Source of the DNA: a virus
Taxonomy: Duplodnaviria > Caudoviricetes
DNA length: 50,478 nt
Virus record (IMG/VR): IMGVR_UViG_3300023176_000477
Coordinates: 1 to 50,478 of that record
Direction: 5' to 3' (one strand)
Under the pieces are notes generated by a model, which was not told the origin of the DNA, searched no databases, and was given only the letters and a program-made list of their open reading frames with translations. This document shows, one piece after another, positions 45,654-50,478 of the stretch; within the stretch, counting starts at the first letter, position 1, and each line of letters begins with the position of its first letter. The translations under genes and the position numbers were made by a program.

Positions 45654-46535
45654 TTATTTCCTATACTTTACTATAACAACACCTTTACCACCTGAACCGC
45701 CACCAACGTTACCAGCGTATGAAGTACCTCCACCGCCACCTCCTCCAAGGTTAGCTGTTCCTGATTGTCCACCACCGCCACCAGAGCCGCCATTTCCACC
45801 GCCTCCGTCACCGCCTGGTTGACCACCACTTAATTCTCCACCAGCACCACCGCCACCATAAGTAACAGCTGTACCAGTTATGCTTGAAGTACGTCCTTCA
45901 CCACCGTGACCATCACCATCATTATCTCCTACAGTTCCTGCACCACCGCCAGAACCACCAGAACCTGAACCATAACCACCATTATATCCTTCAGGAGTAC
46001 TGTCATAAGAGGAGTTACCGCCTATATTACCTGAACCAGGAGAACGTCCTCTACCACCGCCACCGCCAGTTCCTCCATTACCACCATTATTATTAGGTGC
46101 AAATCCACCTCCGCCTCCTCCATAAGATGAAGCAAAGTTTGAGAAAGATGACATACCACCTCTAGATGCAGTAGCTGCGTATCCAGAACCACCAGAACCA
46201 TTACCAATAGTTATTGTATAACTACCTGGTCCTAAAGGAGTTGTTGTTGTACCAGTACGAAAGCCTCCACCTCCGCCACCGCCACCTTCGTTAGAGCCTT
46301 CAGTAGCTAATCCACCACCAGCTCCTCCTCCAACAACGACAAACTCAACAGCTCTTTTACCAAAAGTAATATTAAAACTTCCACTGTTATTAAATTTATG
46401 CACTAAATAACCATTAACTTCGGTTACTACATCACCACCTGATGCTTTAAAACCACCACCATATTCATTACCAACACTAGCTGCACGGAATGAACCTCCG
46501 TTAACTCCTTGTCCTCTAGCAGACTTTACGCTCAT
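45654..46535 (-). CDS. Glycine-rich tail fibre / receptor-binding protein, allele B
   Basis: ASGG..YLVHKF..EFVVVGGG..GGKGVVIVKY. Confidence 0.8.
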   Translation of the reverse strand: MSVKSARGQGVNGGSFRAASVGNEYGGGFKASGGDVVTEVNGYLVHKFNNSGSFNITFGKRAVEFVVVGGGAGGGLATEGSNEGGGGGGGGFRTGTTTTPLGPGSYTITIGNGSGGSGYAATASRGGMSSFSNFASSYGGGGGGFAPNNNGGNGGTGGGGGRGRSPGSGNIGGNSSYDSTPEGYNGGYGSGSGGSGGGAGTVGDNDGDGHGGEGRTSSITGTAVTYGGGGAGGELSGGQPGGDGGGGNGGSGGGGGQSGTANLGGGGGGGTSYAGNVGGGSGGKGVVIVKYRK

Positions 46536-46543
46536 TTAAACTC

Positions 46544-46876
46544 CTAAGCTGTTATTACTGTACCAAATGCACTAAAACTTACATCTGCTGTGCTAGCTGT
46601 TGCTTTAAGAACATCACCATCAGCAAGTGTTATACCTAATGTAAGAAATAATGTATCGTTTGCAGGAACTGGTACATCTTTAGAAATGTAATGTTCATCA
46701 CCTGCTGTTTCTCCTGCAGGTACAACTTGCAAGTCATAAGTTTTTTCTGCTGATGACCTATTGCAAATTACAACAGTAGAAACAATTACTTCTCCGTCTT
46801 GGTCAGGTATTAAATCAACAGGTGCGCTTGTAAAAGCGTCTGCTGTTTGTCCTAGTACTTTATATGCGTTTGCCAT
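46544..46876 (-). CDS. Small tail structural protein, allele B
   Basis: Homologue of 4012-4341. Confidence 0.75.
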   Translation of the reverse strand: MANAYKVLGQTADAFTSAPVDLIPDQDGEVIVSTVVICNRSSAEKTYDLQVVPAGETAGDEHYISKDVPVPANDTLFLTLGITLADGDVLKATASTADVSFSAFGTVITA

Positions 46877-46905
46877 ATTTTATCTCCAATTATTTTTCTA
46901 TTATA

Positions 46906-47103
46906 CTACACATCTACTAAAAGCAAGGAATAATCATCAGATAAATAATCTAATGTTAAAGCTGGTGTCCACATAGTTTTTTGTAGAACGTAGCTTATTG
47001 TTGAACCTTCAGGTAATAAATCTATATCTTCATCTATAGGTTTATTTCCAATAGTATCTATTCCTAAACTTCCACCTTCTTTAAGCATTAATAACATACC
47101 CAT
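46906..47103 (-). CDS. Small acidic tail-region protein, allele B
   Basis: Homologue of 4373-4576. Confidence 0.7.
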   Translation of the reverse strand: MGMLLMLKEGGSLGIDTIGNKPIDEDIDLLPEGSTISYVLQKTMWTPALTLDYLSDDYSLLLVDV

Positions 47104-47771
47104 TATGAACCCATCACTAAAAATGGATGAACTTCAACAGGTGCAGCAACTTGATTAACATAAACTTTTTTTGAAGTGCTATCAGTTGCATCATAAACTA
47201 AAACATAATCTGCTGCAGTATCTACTGTAATAGAAGTACCATCAGTAGCATTACTTATCATAGCTGTAGCTGATGAAGCATTAATAGCTGCTATAGCATC
47301 ATCACCATCACTATTAAAATCTGATATAGCTGTTGTACTGTCTGTATCAAAATCTGTTAAAGCATCAGATAATGATGTAATATTTGTAGCAACTCTATCG
47401 TTTTGGTCTTGTATATGTTGTGCAAGTACAGCCATTCTAACTGTAGTACCAATACCGTGTGATACACCTGTATCAGCTGCAGCACCTGCTGCTTCTTGTC
47501 TACCATCATAATCTCTTTCAACATCACTAAATGTTGTAGAACCTGATGTATGTGTTTTAACTACTACAATTTCTCTGTTAGATGTACTGTCTGGGTCAAT
47601 AACTAAATATACCCAAGTATCTGCATCACCAGTTGTAGCTGATGTAATACCATTAGTACCATCTATTGTTGGTGTAGATGCAACGTCAAATGATGTAGCA
47701 CCTGCACTAAAATCTGAATTAGCAATTGTAGATTCATAAAAGTTAAATACTTGTGTTGCTCTATCTGCCAT
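47103..47771 (-). CDS. Tail structural protein, allele B (22 aa longer)
   Basis: Homologue of 4576-5178. Confidence 0.75.
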   Translation of the reverse strand: MADRATQVFNFYESTIANSDFSAGATSFDVASTPTIDGTNGITSATTGDADTWVYLVIDPDSTSNREIVVVKTHTSGSTTFSDVERDYDGRQEAAGAAADTGVSHGIGTTVRMAVLAQHIQDQNDRVATNITSLSDALTDFDTDSTTAISDFNSDGDDAIAAINASSATAMISNATDGTSITVDTAADYVLVYDATDSTSKKVYVNQVAAPVEVHPFLVMGS

Positions 47772-49786
47772 TATGCTCCGTATCTCATTATACCCCAAGA
47801 AGCTATACCTGGTGTATGTATTGATGTTACTTCTTCAATAGTACCTTGTCTAGTACCACGCACTGTAATAATAGCATACATTGTATCACTTCCAACTACA
47901 TCATTAGATTGTATAGGATAACTTATTTGTTCTACTACACCTTTAATAATTTCTTGTGGTTCAAATATTTCTAATGTTACTGAATCACCTTCTTTAGCAC
48001 GTAATGCTTTATATAAAGTATCTCCAAGACCTTTAACTTTTAATGGTTTTCTACCAGGTCTTTCTACTCTATCACTAATGTTTATAGGTATTTGTGCTAC
48101 TACAAGTTCTGGTCTAGCTAATGCACGAAACTGTACTGATTTGACTTTAGGAGTTGACACACCATCTGTACTTTTAAGTATGACTTTACCTATAATATAT
48201 CTTGACACTTCTGCTATTTGTTTTTCTTCGTCACCTGTACCACCAAGTTGTGTTAAAGCATTAGTAAACGTAGCAGACTCAGGTGCATCTAAATCTTCAA
48301 ATCTAGTTGAGTATTGTAAACTTACTTGTGTATCTGCAGGCATTGTAACTGTAGATATTTCTGCACCTACAAACTGTTTACTTTCTGCTGTAAAAAAATC
48401 TGCAGCAGATAATACTAAATAACCTTCAGCTTCATATGTAGATGTTTCTTTATATACATCAGAACCTTCAACTACTACTACAAACTTACCATTAGATTGT
48501 GTAATACCTGATACATAACTATTACCAACTGTTTGTAAATCTCTAGCCAAACCACCTGTTGGTAGATAATATCGCCACAAATTTACTTCATTAGTTGCTT
48601 CTTTAACACCCATATACACACTATCACGGCTTACAAACATAGCGTGTGGTGTTGTATCTACGTTATTAACAACCCATTCTTTTACTAATTGTCTATTAGC
48701 AAGTACATATAAATCATCAGCATTAACAAGTTCTGCTCTGTATAACCTACCTACACTTCTTGTATTTTCTTTAGTACCAAAAAATATAATTCCTTCTGCA
48801 GCAGCAATAGAATGTATTTCTTCAAAAGGTATTTTGGTTTGTCCTTGATTTACAAATATTCCACTAGATAATTTAAATGAATATACATTACCATCAGTAC
48901 TAGCAGCTAAAACTACAGCACCACCATCAACAATACCTGTTATTTGATGTGTAGGTTCTACTTCTATTATTGCATCTCCTGTTGCAAAAGCTGATGCCCA
49001 ACTGTCTGCAAATGCATCACCTTCCCAAACATACTCTGCAGTACCATCATTACCAGTAACAAACAAAGTATTTTTAACAAACCATACGCCTGTTAATCCA
49101 CCTAATGTATTAAAAGCTGTGTTATGTGTAGACCAACCGTGTCCATCTGGTTCATAATGTATAAACTCTGAGTTAGAATTAGTAGCATCAGCAGTAGTAA
49201 AATATACTGTGTTTCCAAATGCAGCAGCACCTGTAAAGTTATAAGTTGCACCATTAGTTGCAGCTAATATAGAACTCCAAGTTCCTGCAGTAGCATCATA
49301 TTCGTGTACAGTTGTACCATCAGTAACGTATATATTACCATTAGTAGTTTGTGTCATATAGTTATTTGTATATGTACCACTTAATATTGCAGTGTCAGTA
49401 GTACCTTCATCAACATCTTTTGCTTGGTCAGTCGTATATAACAAATGTATATGATATGCAGTTTCATCATCTCCGTGAAATACATCAATACCTTTACTAT
49501 CCCAAAATCTATTAACATCATCTGGTTTACCATCACTTCTATGTGCAGTATCTAATCCTTGACCTGCAGAAAAATTGTTTCTTGAATATATACGACCTAA
49601 GTTAGATGTAAAATCTTCAGGATTTTGTTTAACATTAACTTGTTGTCCTTGTTGTACATCAGATGATTGTATTGTCATAGCTCTATCAGGACCTACAGCT
49701 GTACGTAAATATATATTATCTAATCGTATGTCATAACCAAATCGTCTTGGATTACGAACATTAGAAGTTGATGCAACTCTAGCCAT
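47771..49786 (-). CDS. Putative tail nozzle protein, copy B
   Basis: Highly similar to 5178-7160, 11 aa longer. Confidence 0.6.
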   Translation of the reverse strand: MARVASTSNVRNPRRFGYDIRLDNIYLRTAVGPDRAMTIQSSDVQQGQQVNVKQNPEDFTSNLGRIYSRNNFSAGQGLDTAHRSDGKPDDVNRFWDSKGIDVFHGDDETAYHIHLLYTTDQAKDVDEGTTDTAILSGTYTNNYMTQTTNGNIYVTDGTTVHEYDATAGTWSSILAATNGATYNFTGAAAFGNTVYFTTADATNSNSEFIHYEPDGHGWSTHNTAFNTLGGLTGVWFVKNTLFVTGNDGTAEYVWEGDAFADSWASAFATGDAIIEVEPTHQITGIVDGGAVVLAASTDGNVYSFKLSSGIFVNQGQTKIPFEEIHSIAAAEGIIFFGTKENTRSVGRLYRAELVNADDLYVLANRQLVKEWVVNNVDTTPHAMFVSRDSVYMGVKEATNEVNLWRYYLPTGGLARDLQTVGNSYVSGITQSNGKFVVVVEGSDVYKETSTYEAEGYLVLSAADFFTAESKQFVGAEISTVTMPADTQVSLQYSTRFEDLDAPESATFTNALTQLGGTGDEEKQIAEVSRYIIGKVILKSTDGVSTPKVKSVQFRALARPELVVAQIPINISDRVERPGRKPLKVKGLGDTLYKALRAKEGDSVTLEIFEPQEIIKGVVEQISYPIQSNDVVGSDTMYAIITVRGTRQGTIEEVTSIHTPGIASWGIMRYGA

Positions 49787-50478
49787 TAGGTTGGATACAA
49801 TATACTATTTAACTGAACTGGTTCTGGATATTTAGACCTTAAATTACTTCTAGCTTGTTGTATTAATAACTGTTGATAACGTAATAAACTACTGCTAATA
49901 CTATTAGAACTACCTACAGGATAGTTTTGTGCAGCCATTTGTTCTGTAATATACCTAGCATCAACATTTTTAATATCTTTACCAACTAACATTTGAGCAG
50001 CTACACCAGCCATAACAATAGGTTCATATTCTGTTTCTAAACCTACACTAGATAATGTTGTAGCTTCTGATGTAGGTGCTACAAATTTCTTTTTAAAAGT
50101 TACATACACAGTATGACCTGCTGATATACCTACAAACTGTACAGCATGAACTACGTTAGGACCTGAAGTATAAGTTTTAGTTCTTTCTGTTTGTGTATCA
50201 TCAGTCCATACAAAAGGATTAGGAAGGTCAATCATTTCTATAGCTACACCATTATATTTAAGTCCTGTTTGGTCTGAGCCTGATTGCCAATCTGTATATT
50301 GTGATATAGCTTTTAATGGTGCTATTAAATAATTATTAGTATCTACATCACTACCATATGTACCAAGTAATTTATAACCTGTACTAGCAGTAAGTTCTAT
50401 TGTTTCTACGGCAAATAATGTAGGATAAAGATTTTTAATTTGGTCTGATACTGCATCATATACTGCTTGTCTTGTAAA
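49786..50478 (-). CDS. Putative head-tail adaptor, copy B (5' part outside window)
   Basis: Near-identical to the 3' part of 7160-8170; homology continues to the window edge. Confidence 0.8.
   Translation of the reverse strand, partial: FTRQAVYDAVSDQIKNLYPTLFAVETIELTASTGYKLLGTYGSDVDTNNYLIAPLKAISQYTDWQSGSDQTGLKYNGVAIEMIDLPNPFVWTDDTQTERTKTYTSGPNVVHAVQFVGISAGHTVYVTFKKKFVAPTSEATTLSSVGLETEYEPIVMAGVAAQMLVGKDIKNVDARYITEQMAAQNYPVGSSNSISSSLLRYQQLLIQQARSNLRSKYPEPVQLNSILYPT

Larger units (their letters stand above)
1..50478. mobile_element. Tailed dsDNA bacteriophage (podovirus-like): about 41.6 kb unit plus a diverged partial second copy
   Basis: Terminase, portal, scaffold, capsid, tail, holin and endolysin-like genes. 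No tape measure, sheath or host housekeeping genes. Confidence 0.95.
41620..50478. repeat. Copy B of the long imperfect direct repeat (partner 1-7852), about 1 kb longer
   Basis: Offset is 41619 at the left end and 42626 at the right end. Confidence 0.97.

Noticed and set aside
1367-48422. Many antisense or alternate-frame ORFs in the track (e.g. 1367-1648, 5485-5829, 8748-9059, 16914-17351, 25030-25368, 29572-29886, 48078-48422)
   Set aside because: They lie wholly within better-supported genes, lack SD sites and have the composition of shadow frames.
1-50478. Alternative genetic code
   Set aside because: Long genes are intact under the standard code, and TAA, TAG and TGA all serve as coupled stops.

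Overview
AT-rich (roughly 30% GC by eye) tailed dsDNA phage sequence with a podovirus-like layout and no host genes. One complete gene set of about 41.6 kb is present. The minus strand carries the late arm: terminase, portal, four probable internal/ejected proteins including a 1996-aa giant, scaffold, major capsid, adaptor, nozzle, a Gly-rich fibre cassette and lysis genes. The plus strand (26.7-37.2 kb) carries the early arm: micro-ORFs, an AAA+/VWA pair, a metallophosphoesterase, a Sak/Rad52-like recombinase, a lytic transglycosylase and an HNH nuclease. No polymerase, primase, helicase or integrase is recognisable. Bases 1-7852 recur colinearly at 41620-50478 as a diverged second copy with a different fibre/accessory cassette. 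The non-coding DNA is rich in structure: five early-gene hairpins with a conserved C-TTTAY-G apex on largely unrelated stems, a 200-nt four-way junction between the divergent arms, a 195-nt kissing-loop leader before scaffold/capsid, and a 150-nt ncRNA candidate. Several ORFs under 60 aa were missed by the supplied track, including a minimal HiPIP-like Fe-S protein and a Cys-rich micropeptide. The host is inferred, not shown, to be a low-GC actinobacterium such as the Actinomarina group. All homology calls are from motif recognition by eye; no searches were run.
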